From: an uncultured Spirochaetota bacterium
Lineage (GTDB): Bacteria; Spirochaetota; Brevinematia; Brevinematales; JAOACQ01
NCBI GenBank assembly: GCA_963783575.1
Contig: CAWAOD010000004.1
Coordinates: 160,001-224,000 of the forward strand
DNA length: 64,000 bases
Reading direction: 5' to 3'
The position numbers and the translations under genes are program-made. Positions 31,651 through 42,025 of this stretch are shown here, piece after piece. The notes under the pieces were generated by a model. That model saw nothing but the letters and a program-made list of their open reading frames with translations, was not told the DNA's origin and did not search any database. Each line of letters starts with the position of its first letter. The stretch's first letter is position 1.

Positions 31651-31678
31651 AAGTGGGTAAGATTGGGTATTGTCATAC

Positions 31679-32995
31679 TCATTGTATAGAATACTTCTTC
31701 ATTTTGTTATATAGTGTCTTACGGCTTATTTTTAAAGATTTCGCCGCCAGAGAACGGTTGAACCGGTTTCTGGACAGGGCTTCGATTATGACTTCTTTTT
31801 CGGCAGAATCCAATTCCTGGGTATACTTTTCCCCGGAATTGATTTCAATCGGAAAATCTTTTGGGAAAAGCATTGCATTGGATTCCGATAAAAGTATCGC
31901 AGACTCAATGGCATTCTTAAGCTCCCTGACATTTCCCGGCCATGAATAATTTTTCAGGTACCTGATAGCCTCTGCCGAAAAATTGATATTTTCTTTTTTG
32001 TACATTGTCTCAAATTTTGATTGAAAATGCCTGACTAAAGGCTGTATATCCTCGGGTCTGTCCCTGAGCGGCGGGAGGGTTATTTTTAACCCGTTAAGCC
32101 TGTAATAAAGGTCTTCACGGAATTTCTTCTGTTTTATGCTTTCCGACAAATTCTGATTGGTGGAAGCTATTACCCTGGCATTGAAGGGTAAAGATTTAAC
32201 GCTTCCTAAGGGCTCAAAAATCTTTGCCTCAATGGCTCTTAAAAGCTTAGCCTGTAATGACAGATTCATGTCGCCAATCTCGTCGAGAAACAGAATACCA
32301 TCCCCTGCTATTTCAAACTTTCCCGGTTTTCTGTGAGCGGCACCGGTAAATGCGCCTTTTTCATACCCGAAGAGCTCGCTTTCAAGAAGTTCCGACGGTA
32401 TGGCCGCGCAGTTGATTGCAATAAAGGGTTTGCCGGAGCGGTTACCGCGGGTATGGATCATCCTGGCCGCAAGTTCCTTTCCCGTCCCGCTTTCACCCAG
32501 AATCAGGACAGGAATTTCCCAATCCTTAATTTTACCGATTTTATCAATTATTCCGCTAATTTTATCACTTTTATAAATAAAGTCAAATTCATCCCTGTCA
32601 ACAGTCTTTTTAATTTTTATTAAAGTATTTTTTAAGTAGAACTTCTCAGTTATATCAATAATGTCCCCTATATCAAAGGGTTTTTTTATATAATCGGCGG
32701 CGCCGTATTTCATAGCGCTTACAGCCGTTTCAACCGTGGCGTAAGCGGTAATAATCACTATAAATAAGTTTTCATCTTTAACCCTTTTCACAACCTCAAC
32801 CCCGTCAATATCCGGCAGTCTCAGGTCTATAAAAGCAAGTTTAAATTTCCCGGAACCGATTTTATTGATTGCACTCAAACCGTTTTCCGCTGTTTCCACG
32901 TCATAACCTTCCAGAGACAGCGCTTTCATCATTCCTTCGCACATCCCGATTTCATCGTCAACGATCAATACTTTGAAATCTTTTTTCCCGTTCAT
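31679..32995 (-). CDS. Sigma-54-dependent response regulator (NtrC/AtoC family)
   Basis: Receiver, GESGTGKE, GAFTGA, WPGNVREL and Fis-type HTH. Confidence 0.95.
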   Translation of the reverse strand: MNGKKDFKVLIVDDEIGMCEGMMKALSLEGYDVETAENGLSAINKIGSGKFKLAFIDLRLPDIDGVEVVKRVKDENLFIVIITAYATVETAVSAMKYGAADYIKKPFDIGDIIDITEKFYLKNTLIKIKKTVDRDEFDFIYKSDKISGIIDKIGKIKDWEIPVLILGESGTGKELAARMIHTRGNRSGKPFIAINCAAIPSELLESELFGYEKGAFTGAAHRKPGKFEIAGDGILFLDEIGDMNLSLQAKLLRAIEAKIFEPLGSVKSLPFNARVIASTNQNLSESIKQKKFREDLYYRLNGLKITLPPLRDRPEDIQPLVRHFQSKFETMYKKENINFSAEAIRYLKNYSWPGNVRELKNAIESAILLSESNAMLFPKDFPIEINSGEKYTQELDSAEKEVIIEALSRNRFNRSLAAKSLKISRKTLYNKMKKYSIQ

Positions 32996-35121
32996 GATTT
33001 TTCTCCTTTCAGAAGGTAAATACTCACTGTGGTTCCCTTTTTTAATTCGCTGGCAATCGTTATATCCCCATGCTGCCGCCTGATTATTTTATGGCTTAGC
33101 GGAAGTCCTAAACCCGTATTGTGTTTGGATTTATTTGTGAAAAAAGGATCGAATACCCTGTCCAGAAATTCTTTTTTAATTCCCACGCCGTTATCGGTAA
33201 TATCAACACGGATGAAACCTTTGTCCTCTTCAATATTGACTGTAATTTGACCATTTTTATGGTGTATGGATTGTATCGCATTATTTATAATATTAAAAAA
33301 TACCTGCTTTAAAGAATCAAGGTTGCCAAGAATCAACGGGTTATCCGGAACAATATCAAGGGTGGATTTTATTTTAAGCTTTTTCAGCTTCGGCTCAAAA
33401 AGATCAAGCATCTCTTTTATAAATTCAGGAAGGTTAATCGGGCACATAACCAGGTTTTCATCCCTGGAAAAATTGAGAAGCTTTTCTATAAGAGAATTTA
33501 TCCTCTTGATTTCGGTCTCCACTCTTTTTATGTATTCCTTTTCTTCTGTTGGGGATAATTTTCCTGTAGCTATCAACTGGACATGATTTAAAATAATTGC
33601 CATCGGGTTTCCGACTTCATGGGCTACATCCGCGGCAAAACGGCCGACATCCGCCAGCTTTTCAGCCTTTATAACGGCATTCTCAAGAGCAAGATTCTCG
33701 GTTATATCGATGATGACAAGAATTATTCCGCTGGTCTGTACATTACCGTCACATATCGGGAAAAGATTTACTGAGTATACCTTACATCCGCTATTAAGCC
33801 GGTCTATTACCGAGGGTTTGCCGTCGGAAAAAACCTTTTTAACGATTTTTTCAATTTTTTCCCTATGGGAAGAAAAAAATGATACGGAAAAAAACGATAA
33901 ATTTGTAATATCTGCGGAAAATTTTAATTCACTCCTGGCGCTCTGATTAGCGAGTACGATTTTATAATCCCTGTCAATTACCAGGGTATTGACCATCAGA
34001 CTCTGGAATACAGCGTCAATATAATTGTTCAACAGGGTTAAGTCTTTGTTGTTCTTCTCCAGCATCTCACTATTCCTTTTCAAAGCCAGAATCATATTAT
34101 TAAAATCATTCGAAAGATGGCCAAGCTCATCGCTGCGGGTAATTTTTACCCTGTAATCATAATCCCCGGCTGATACGGCATTTGTTGCCGAAACCAGTCT
34201 CTGAATTGATTTTATAAGCCTGGAACCCCAGAAATAAAATGTAACAACAGGGATAATCACACAAAAGATAGTTAATAAAACCATTTGTAAATTTACGGGA
34301 TTGTTCCTTTTCGAAAAATAACTCTGCTGAAATCCGGCAAATATCCTGCCCTCTATCGACCTGCCGATATCAAACGGATATAAAAAAAGATTATACTGTT
34401 TCCCATTATATTGATAAGTGTTTATTTTAGAATCGATTATATTTCCTGAAAACACCTGCTGATTGGATTCTATACCGGGGAAAGTTGAAAAGATGAATCT
34501 GCCCCGGACCTGAACGGCAATATCGATTCCGTATTGTATAACCGCATTTGTGAAGTATTGTTTATCAAATGTTTTCTGCATTAGAATCAGGCCGACTTCT
34601 TTTCCGTTTCTATTTACTGAAATCAAGGTATTCATGTATAACGAACGGGAAAACATATTAAATGTATTGTCAAAATACTTTTCCAGCGATTCGGGATAAA
34701 TTTCATCCGGTATAAATATAGAATTACCAATAACGGTTACTTTTTTGTAACTATCATAGTTTTTACGGTAAACGGCGATGCTTTCGATATCTTTTGACAG
34801 GGCAAATTTTTCAACCTCTTCCCTGAGCGGTAATATATCGGCAGCAAGAGTCGCGGGCTCGATTTTATCCCAGTATTTTGTATAAAAACTCAATTTATCC
34901 TGCAGGTAAGAGTATTTGGAAAACTCTTTTAAAGAGCGGCTGTAATTATCCTGGATTACGGCGATATTATTTTTCAACTTGCTTACAACATCGTCCAGAA
35001 ATTCCTGCTGCGCCTTAATACTGTTTTTATAAATCTGGACGCTAGAAAAAATAGCGATTAAAAGCATCGGTATAATGATAGCTCCAAGTGTAAACAGGAG
35101 AAGTTTTTGCTTCAGCCTCAT
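32992..35121 (-). CDS. Sensor histidine kinase (periplasmic domain, HAMP, PAS)
   Basis: Two TM helices, HAMP DELGHLSNDFN, VAHEVGNPM, DNGVG, GLGL. Confidence 0.92.
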   Translation of the reverse strand: MRLKQKLLLFTLGAIIIPMLLIAIFSSVQIYKNSIKAQQEFLDDVVSKLKNNIAVIQDNYSRSLKEFSKYSYLQDKLSFYTKYWDKIEPATLAADILPLREEVEKFALSKDIESIAVYRKNYDSYKKVTVIGNSIFIPDEIYPESLEKYFDNTFNMFSRSLYMNTLISVNRNGKEVGLILMQKTFDKQYFTNAVIQYGIDIAVQVRGRFIFSTFPGIESNQQVFSGNIIDSKINTYQYNGKQYNLFLYPFDIGRSIEGRIFAGFQQSYFSKRNNPVNLQMVLLTIFCVIIPVVTFYFWGSRLIKSIQRLVSATNAVSAGDYDYRVKITRSDELGHLSNDFNNMILALKRNSEMLEKNNKDLTLLNNYIDAVFQSLMVNTLVIDRDYKIVLANQSARSELKFSADITNLSFFSVSFFSSHREKIEKIVKKVFSDGKPSVIDRLNSGCKVYSVNLFPICDGNVQTSGIILVIIDITENLALENAVIKAEKLADVGRFAADVAHEVGNPMAIILNHVQLIATGKLSPTEEKEYIKRVETEIKRINSLIEKLLNFSRDENLVMCPINLPEFIKEMLDLFEPKLKKLKIKSTLDIVPDNPLILGNLDSLKQVFFNIINNAIQSIHHKNGQITVNIEEDKGFIRVDITDNGVGIKKEFLDRVFDPFFTNKSKHNTGLGLPLSHKIIRRQHGDITIASELKKGTTVSIYLLKGEKS

Positions 35122-35303
35122 TCCAGCCCCCGTATATAGGATCAATAAGTTATTCAGATTACCTATAATAATAACATCAACTATTGTACCATTCGATCTG
35201 AAAAAAACTCAAAATTTCAATTGACATATTTTCCATGCAGGGAAGTTCAAAAATCTCATTTACAACCATTTTTTATAAAACGGAACTGCCCTATAGATAA
35301 AAA

Positions 35304-35738
35304 TTACAGGAATTTTTTTACATAATACCGCTTTATATTTTCAGGATAACCATCGATTGTTGCGAAAACCGAATACCCCTTTTTCTTATAGAATTCAATA
35401 GCTTGAAAACTAAATGTATCTAAATGGATAAAATTACACCCATTTTCTTTAGCGAATTTTTCCGCGCTTTCTAAAAGATCTGAACCGATTCTTTGTTTTC
35501 TTAATTTTGAATTGACCCATAAAGATTGCACATACATTGATTTTAAAAATATGTTTGTTATAATACCTGCGGCAATTTCATTATTTTGATTTCTTATTAC
35601 AACATTATATTCAAATGGAGGAACGTTGAGTTTAGGGCCGACTTTTTCAATATTATACCCAATGAGATTCCATGTTATAAAATCAAAATCTTCTTTAGTT
35701 GCTTCATATTTAACTGACAAAGTGTTATCTAAATTCAT
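35304..35738 (-). CDS. GNAT acetyltransferase
   Basis: LWV...RKQRIGSDLL and LDTFSFQAIEFYKKKGY motifs. Confidence 0.88.
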   Translation of the reverse strand: MNLDNTLSVKYEATKEDFDFITWNLIGYNIEKVGPKLNVPPFEYNVVIRNQNNEIAAGIITNIFLKSMYVQSLWVNSKLRKQRIGSDLLESAEKFAKENGCNFIHLDTFSFQAIEFYKKKGYSVFATIDGYPENIKRYYVKKFL

Positions 35739-36195
35739 AATTACCTCCTACGGTAAATGCACTCCTTCTATCGTATTATTCGATCGAATAAGTCTTTAAT
35801 AGAATATTAATCGACAAACATTGGCTTCAAAAGTAGATTCAAATAATTGGAATAAGAATGATAGACGGAGTGAGCTATAATTAACGCCATAATAATCCCC
35901 TTTCTATGGTAACCAAACAACAACATGACCTTTAGCTATATAACAGCCAAAAACCGATTTACCAATAGAACATTTTAAACACAAATATGTTATGAAACGT
36001 CAGAAGATTACTTGCGCATTATTCGCTTTCACTCCTTAAATTGAATTGTAAGATATTCTATCTTCAAAATTTTATTTTGTCAAAAAAAACGAAAACAGAA
36101 ACATTTTCAAAAAGCCGGTAAACTTGGAACTCCAGTGGTTTATGCCGATACCCGTATCGATATTTCAAAAACAAGAAGAGAATTTGGATATAATC

Positions 36196-37449
36196 CTAAA
36201 AAGCCTGCACAAAACTGCTCCTGTTGTTTGTATCCCCTGTGTCAAGCTGGCCATAATTATTATATCCTGCAACCCACAATGTCCCGTCAGTCTTTAATGC
36301 AAGTGTATGATAAGCGCCGCTAGAGACTGCACTCACACCTGAAAGGACCTGCACAAAACTGCTCCTATTGTTTGTATCTCCTGTTCCAAGCTGGCCATAA
36401 TTATTATACCCCGCAACCCACAATGTCCCGTCAGTCTCCAGTGCGAGCGTTTGATGATAGCCGCCAGAAGCTGCACTCACATTTGAAAGAACCAGCGCAA
36501 AGTTGGTATATGGAGGTTTAGACCCTGTTCCAAACTCACCGGAAGAAGCCTGTCCCGCGCCCCACATTGTCCCGTCATTCTTCAATGCAAGCGAGTGAAA
36601 GTAGCCGCAAAAGACTGCACTCACACCTGAAAGGACCTGTACAAAATTGCTCCTGTTGTTTGTATCTCCTGTTCCAAGCTGATACTCATAATTATACCCC
36701 GTAGCCCACAATGTACCGTCAGTCTTTAATGCAAGCGTGTGAGAATCGCCGCAAGAAACCGCGCTCACACCTGAAAGGACCTGTACAAAACTGCTCCTGT
36801 TGTTTGTATCCCCTGTTCCAAGCTCACCAGAACTATTCTGTCCCGTAGCCCATAATGTACCGTCAGTCTTTAATACAAGCGTTTGATAACTACCGCTAGA
36901 GACTGCACTCACACCTGAAAGTACCTGCACAAAGTTACTCCTGGAGTATAAATCACCTATGCCAAGCTCACCATCAACATTATACCCCGTAGCCCACAAT
37001 GTTCCGTTAGTCTTCAATGCGAACGTATGCCCGCCATCACCGCCAAAGACTGCGCTTACTCCGGATAAAACCTGCACAAAATTGCTCCTGTCGATATGAT
37101 CTCCTGAGCCAAGCTGGCCATTATCATTACGCCCCGCCGCCCATAATGTACCGTCATTTTTCAATGCAAACGATTGATAAAAACCGGCTGAAATCTTTGT
37201 TATTAAAGACGGCGAAACAGAGCTGCTTGAAGAAGAATTACTTGAAGAAAAGCTACTCAAAGCAGAACTATTTAAAGAAGAATTACTTGAAGAAAAGCCG
37301 CTTGATGCAAAACTACTCGAAACAGAACTACTTCCTTTTAAATCGTTGACAACATCTTGCGGACTCCAGAGAGAAACCCATAAACTACAGGAAAAAAAGA
37401 TCAATTCCGATAATAGGGCCGCTATAATTAATGATAAAGTCTTTTTCAT
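36196..37449 (-). CDS. RCC1/BLIP-II repeat lipoprotein with Ser-rich linker
   Basis: Lipobox FFSC, poly-Ser stretch, seven ~48-aa repeats (ALKTDGTLWATGxNxxGQLG). Confidence 0.9.
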   Translation of the reverse strand: MKKTLSLIIAALLSELIFFSCSLWVSLWSPQDVVNDLKGSSSVSSSFASSGFSSSNSSLNSSALSSFSSSNSSSSSSVSPSLITKISAGFYQSFALKNDGTLWAAGRNDNGQLGSGDHIDRSNFVQVLSGVSAVFGGDGGHTFALKTNGTLWATGYNVDGELGIGDLYSRSNFVQVLSGVSAVSSGSYQTLVLKTDGTLWATGQNSSGELGTGDTNNRSSFVQVLSGVSAVSCGDSHTLALKTDGTLWATGYNYEYQLGTGDTNNRSNFVQVLSGVSAVFCGYFHSLALKNDGTMWGAGQASSGEFGTGSKPPYTNFALVLSNVSAASGGYHQTLALETDGTLWVAGYNNYGQLGTGDTNNRSSFVQVLSGVSAVSSGAYHTLALKTDGTLWVAGYNNYGQLDTGDTNNRSSFVQAF

Positions 37450-37496
37450 GTTATTTACTCCCGTTTTGTCAAAATCTTAGCAGCCGGTATCTTTTA

Positions 37497-38885
37497 CTAG
37501 AATCTTACGCCAATCCCAATCATTGGATAGATCCCCCCATCCATCATGGAATACCTCATACCGGCATCAATAAATAATTTCCACCATTCCATTTCCAGCT
37601 TGAGTATCGGCGATAAAATAAAATGATTGGCATTATAACAGAATCCTCCGGTGGACAACCATAATCGGAAATCTCCTGATCTGAAAAAAGAATACGATAT
37701 ATCCGCATCCTCCGTCAGAACTACCCTCTCAAAATTGAATACTACTCCAAATGATGCGGAAACACGGAAATAATCGATAAATTTGTAGTCAACCCCGATG
37801 CTCCCTCCAAGGCCGCCTTCGAAGAATCGGATTGGAATATAGAATTTTCTCCCGCCTTCTTTTTGAACAGGTCTTATAGCATTTTTGCTCTCATCTTTTG
37901 GAATATTCGCTTTTATTATACCTTCTTTCCCTCCCTCGATTATCAGTTGGTAGCTTTTACCCTCTTCAACCAGAACTTCCTTTTCCCAGATTTCTTTACC
38001 GTCCTTATTAATTTTAATGACATTTGTGAATTCCGATCTTATATTTTTTATATTGATCTCTCCATTCTCGCCTGTTTCGCCTGCTGGAATATCATTGACA
38101 ATTATAGCGGCTTTCGGAACTGTTTTTATTAAAATACTGCCAGACGGAGTATAGGATAATTTATAAATATCATCTTCTTTAACCCGGATAAAATCTTTAT
38201 AAACCTCATTCTCTTTGCCATCCTTTAAATTACGAAGAGAAATTTCTGCATCTTCATTGGCGGCTATGATATCAGAAAATCCTTCTGATTTCTTAATATC
38301 TTTCTGAAAAACATTATTTATATAGAGTTTATATTCTCTATTTTCAGCATTGATTTCCACATTCAGCTTTCCAATCTTTATATCTTTGCCCAAAATGAGT
38401 GAACTTATGTTTTTTATCAATTTATCCACAGTATCAAAAATATCCCTCCCGGCATCCCCTTTATACTCCCTTTTCAATATCAATTCGGAAGTTTTAACAT
38501 CATAATCATATACTGTAATGATTATTGTTTCGTTTTGCTTATTCACGCTGTAAGTACCAAAAATAGCTTGATTTACCTTTAATTTCAAACCTATATCCAG
38601 GGCGGCATTGACATCGAGCTTTCTTGATTCCCAGAAATTTTCTTCTTTGGCCGCATTCTCAACATCGCTGAATGGGCGAATTTTAATACCGGGTAATTTT
38701 GAAAGGAAGGTAGTCATGGATTTGCAAACGACCAGGTTTATACTATTCTCAGTCTTATCACCAAGATTGATAAAACCAATAACTGCGAGGGATTTTACTT
38801 CATCAGCATGAATTTCAGCAAAAAAAATAACTGTAAAAATAAACAGCCATAAATACTTCTTAAGTGCAAATATATAAATTTTCAT
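37497..38885 (-). CDS. Exported protein: TolB-N/CsgG-like N-domain, PEGA-like middle, beta-barrel-like C-terminus
   Basis: Signal peptide, SLAVIGFINL, amphipathic C-terminal strands ending IGIGVRF. Confidence 0.55.
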   Translation of the reverse strand: MKIYIFALKKYLWLFIFTVIFFAEIHADEVKSLAVIGFINLGDKTENSINLVVCKSMTTFLSKLPGIKIRPFSDVENAAKEENFWESRKLDVNAALDIGLKLKVNQAIFGTYSVNKQNETIIITVYDYDVKTSELILKREYKGDAGRDIFDTVDKLIKNISSLILGKDIKIGKLNVEINAENREYKLYINNVFQKDIKKSEGFSDIIAANEDAEISLRNLKDGKENEVYKDFIRVKEDDIYKLSYTPSGSILIKTVPKAAIIVNDIPAGETGENGEINIKNIRSEFTNVIKINKDGKEIWEKEVLVEEGKSYQLIIEGGKEGIIKANIPKDESKNAIRPVQKEGGRKFYIPIRFFEGGLGGSIGVDYKFIDYFRVSASFGVVFNFERVVLTEDADISYSFFRSGDFRLWLSTGGFCYNANHFILSPILKLEMEWWKLFIDAGMRYSMMDGGIYPMIGIGVRF

Positions 38886-39295
38886 TTGCTATACACCCCT
38901 CGATAGAAATATTACTGATAGGAAAATTTATAATTCTCCACTGTCAGATATTCTATCACCCGGCAGGAAAAACCGCAAAATTTCAATGCTTTTCCCAAGA
39001 GACAGTTTAGTCCTCAAAAAAATCCAGGAAAGTGTTTGTAACTCATCCCACTTTCACACACATTTGACAGGCTCAGCGCATCGCCGTGTCAAGTGGCTGT
39101 AAAAAGCTTTATGAAGTCCAGTATAAGCCGGAGATGATCAATTCATACTGCCTTGATATTAATTACAATTTATTGGATAATAATCCTGTTCAATTTGATT
39201 AATCTGAATACAAACTCCTGAAAGTCTTGCAATCAGATTGAGAAATTAAATTCTATAAAAAAGCCCGGATTGGATTATAATGTCAGGAGGAAATA

Positions 39296-40087
39296 ATGAA
39301 TAAGATCACTGCTTCAATTTTTTTTATTTTATTGCTGGCTGGATTTTCGGGTACAATTTATTCTGCCGGTATCACAAATGATTCTTTATCAACTAATATG
39401 TCACCCGGTGGATCCCTCGCCCCAAGTAATACAGTTATTCAGACGAATTCTTTTACCGAGGGTATATGGATTCATAAATATCCCAAAAATTATACATGTT
39501 TCAGGTTTCAAACTCCGTCTGGCGTAATAATAATTACAGATCCTTATAATATCAATACCGCTGTTTCACCCGATATAGTCACCATCAGCCATCATCATGG
39601 CGATCATAAAAGTTTCACTAATATCATAAATACCAATATGGTTCTTGATGTTGTCGGTGAATATACATACAAGGGCATAAAAATAACCGGTCTGGAGGGC
39701 CGCCATTACAGAATTTCATCGGGCATCGATACCGATACAATGAATAATATTTATGTTTTTGATGTAGAGGGCATCAGGATCGCCCAGTTTGCCTCGCAGG
39801 GGGAAAAACCGACAAAAGCAATGTTCGATAAAATAGGCAGGATAGATATTCTGATAATCCAAATAAGCAGTGATGTGACAAAAATGACTTTAGATGAATG
39901 TGAAGAAGTTGTTACAGCGATTGGGACAAAAATAATTATACCGGCTCATGGAGATCCGCCGCTGAGCGTTCCGTTTTCAAAGCAAATCGGCGGAAGTTTA
40001 GTAAAAATACCACTCGGGGATATTATCATCACTCGAAAATATATTGATTCTTTGAAAAAACCCGAGGTATTGGTGCTTGATAATTGA
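39296..40087 (+). CDS. Exported metallo-beta-lactamase-fold hydrolase
   Basis: IITDPY, TISHHHGDH and IIPAH motifs; signal peptide. Confidence 0.8.
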   Translation: MNKITASIFFILLLAGFSGTIYSAGITNDSLSTNMSPGGSLAPSNTVIQTNSFTEGIWIHKYPKNYTCFRFQTPSGVIIITDPYNINTAVSPDIVTISHHHGDHKSFTNIINTNMVLDVVGEYTYKGIKITGLEGRHYRISSGIDTDTMNNIYVFDVEGIRIAQFASQGEKPTKAMFDKIGRIDILIIQISSDVTKMTLDECEEVVTAIGTKIIIPAHGDPPLSVPFSKQIGGSLVKIPLGDIIITRKYIDSLKKPEVLVLDN

Positions 40088-40129
40088 TGGCAGTTCTAAA
40101 ATATGCAGGCCCGGTAACTGCAAAAATAA

Positions 40130-40161
40130 CAGACGCCTCCCCTGTCAAAGGGAGACGTTTT
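40130..40161. terminator. Hairpin between convergent genes
   Basis: AGACGCCTCCC-CTGTCAAA-GGGAGACGTTTT. Confidence 0.55.
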
Positions 40162-40173
40162 AATCAAAATTTT

Positions 40174-41049
40174 TCATTTAGCTAAGACATAGATCTTGCT
40201 GTTAAACCAATCCTGTATGGTTAAATACTTCCCATCCTTTGTGAGATAAACATTTCCTCTTGCATCGGAAACCTCCGAGGGAAGTTCCTCATTATTCCAT
40301 AAACTTCCACCGTTTTCAGTCCTCATAACCAGCCAGCGCCTTTCTGGTTTATCTGTCAATAATACCAATGTTCCCTTATTTTCATCCTGAAAACGGAGAG
40401 AAACAATGGCCGAGAATGGAATCTCCTCGCTTATTTGACTACCATTCAGATTAACTGCTGTTTTATTCCATGTTTTTCCGGTGTCTTTTGTTGAAAATAA
40501 ATACCCTTTTTGTGAAAAAATGAAAACCTCATTCTCCGAAATCCCATCCATTGCCATTATACCATTAATTCCGGCGGGTAATTTGACATTTTGCCATGAT
40601 TTCGCTCCATCCAGTGTCAGCGCAAGCATAGAGGGAGAAGCAATCCATCCGGTTAACGGATTGATAAAGCTGATATAACGGCAATGATCAGGCTCTGAAA
40701 AACCGAAACTTCCTGCCAATGCCCAGTTTTTCCCTCCGTCATGAGACACCATAATATTAGGGCCGTTTCCGCAATTGATGATATTTCCAGAATCGATGAT
40801 TTCAAGGCCGAACCTGCATGGCGAGGCGTTCTTAGCCATCGGCCATGTTTTACCGCCGTCTTCGGTATAATGAACTTCTCCCATCCTTCCTACTGTAACA
40901 CCAAATTGTGGATTCAAGAAGCCCGCAAGCTGTGAGCCATGCGAGTAATCCGAAACCGCCACCGTCTTCCAGGCCGGAGTAGCATAACCCATCCCGGCAA
41001 CCACAACACTTAACAATACCGTCATGCAGATCGAAAGACTAGTTCTCAT
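40174..41049 (-). CDS. Exported BNR/Asp-box (YCF48-like) beta-propeller protein
   Basis: Repeated TEDGGKTW / SHDGGKNW / TLDGAKSW / TKDTGKTW Asp boxes. Confidence 0.8.
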   Translation of the reverse strand: MRTSLSICMTVLLSVVVAGMGYATPAWKTVAVSDYSHGSQLAGFLNPQFGVTVGRMGEVHYTEDGGKTWPMAKNASPCRFGLEIIDSGNIINCGNGPNIMVSHDGGKNWALAGSFGFSEPDHCRYISFINPLTGWIASPSMLALTLDGAKSWQNVKLPAGINGIMAMDGISENEVFIFSQKGYLFSTKDTGKTWNKTAVNLNGSQISEEIPFSAIVSLRFQDENKGTLVLLTDKPERRWLVMRTENGGSLWNNEELPSEVSDARGNVYLTKDGKYLTIQDWFNSKIYVLAK

Positions 41050-41366
41050 TAATTACCTCCATAAAAAAACAATATTATTACCTTCCTAATATCAGTATAG
41101 ACAAATTTATTCTGTCATTGATATAGATTTTAATAGCCCGAAATATGAAGTCCATAGTCTGACAGGCTCATTTGTTAAAAAAACTCCTGAGAATTTCGGA
41201 CTATTTGATTAAGGAAATAATAAAAATGAATCGGTAAAAATAATAATAATCTGATTTCATGGTTTAAACTGGAATACTATGAATTAATAAAGTCGGTTGG
41301 CTCTCTAAAATGGTATTATATGAACAGCCTTATGCCAGAAGCCCTCAGAAATTAACCTGAAATTGT

Positions 41367-41397
41367 TTGACAATTATTATACCGATCGGTATAATAA
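41367..41397 (+). promoter_or_regulatory. Consensus sigma-70 promoter overlapped by a 24-bp perfect palindrome (probable TetR operator)
   Basis: TTGACA 41367-72, 17-bp spacer, TATAAT 41390-95; TTATTATACCGATCGGTATAATAA at 41374-41397. Confidence 0.88.
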
Positions 41398-41431
41398 ACT
41401 TACTATTATAATCTGAATTTAATCTGATTAT

Positions 41432-42025
41432 TTGGGGGCAAGTATAAGCAGCCGTGAAAAAATATTGAAATGCAGTCTTAAACTTTTTTCTTCAAAAGGT
41501 TATGACGCTGTGGGAGTCCAGGAAATAGCTGAGTCTGCAAGTATAACAAAACCAACGCTTTATCATTTTTTTGGAAGTAAAAGGGGTTTGCTGAATGCCT
41601 TATTGATGAGATACTGGGAAGGTTTCTATGATAAAGTGTCAAAAGCCTCTTGTTTTACCATTGATTTAAAAACATGTTTAAATCAAATTGCCGGAATTTT
41701 TACCGAATTTGCAAAAAATAATCAGGAATTTTACCGGATGCAGCTGGCAATGTATTTTTCACCTGTAGAAAGCGTGCCGAATCAGGCGGTAAAAGAAATA
41801 AACTATAAATTATATGAGATTATCGAGGATTTGTTTAATAAAGCATCAAAAAATTATAAAAATTTTACCGGAAGACAAAAAACATTAGCGGCAACTTTTA
41901 TCGGAATGCTGAATACTTACATTGGCCTTTCATTAAACGGTTATTGTGAATTGAACAATGAATTGATTAACAATGCTTTGAATCAATTTTTACATGGGAT
42001 TTTTTATGAGCAATTGGGCAAATGA
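41432..42025 (+). CDS. TetR/AcrR-family regulator
   Basis: KGYDAVGVQEIAESASITKPTLYHFFGSK HTH. Confidence 0.92.
   Translation: MGASISSREKILKCSLKLFSSKGYDAVGVQEIAESASITKPTLYHFFGSKRGLLNALLMRYWEGFYDKVSKASCFTIDLKTCLNQIAGIFTEFAKNNQEFYRMQLAMYFSPVESVPNQAVKEINYKLYEIIEDLFNKASKNYKNFTGRQKTLAATFIGMLNTYIGLSLNGYCELNNELINNALNQFLHGIFYEQLGK

Noticed and set aside
35930..36000. Single attC-like ATAAC...GTTAT site upstream of the GNAT gene
   Set aside because: Poor internal pairing and no second site or integrase
36135..36200. Possible epimerase 3' remnant (DISKTRREFGYNP)
   Set aside because: Too short to support without a database search
36196..37200. CRISPR-like or non-coding repeat array
   Set aside because: The 144-bp periodicity is fully explained by RCC1 protein repeats
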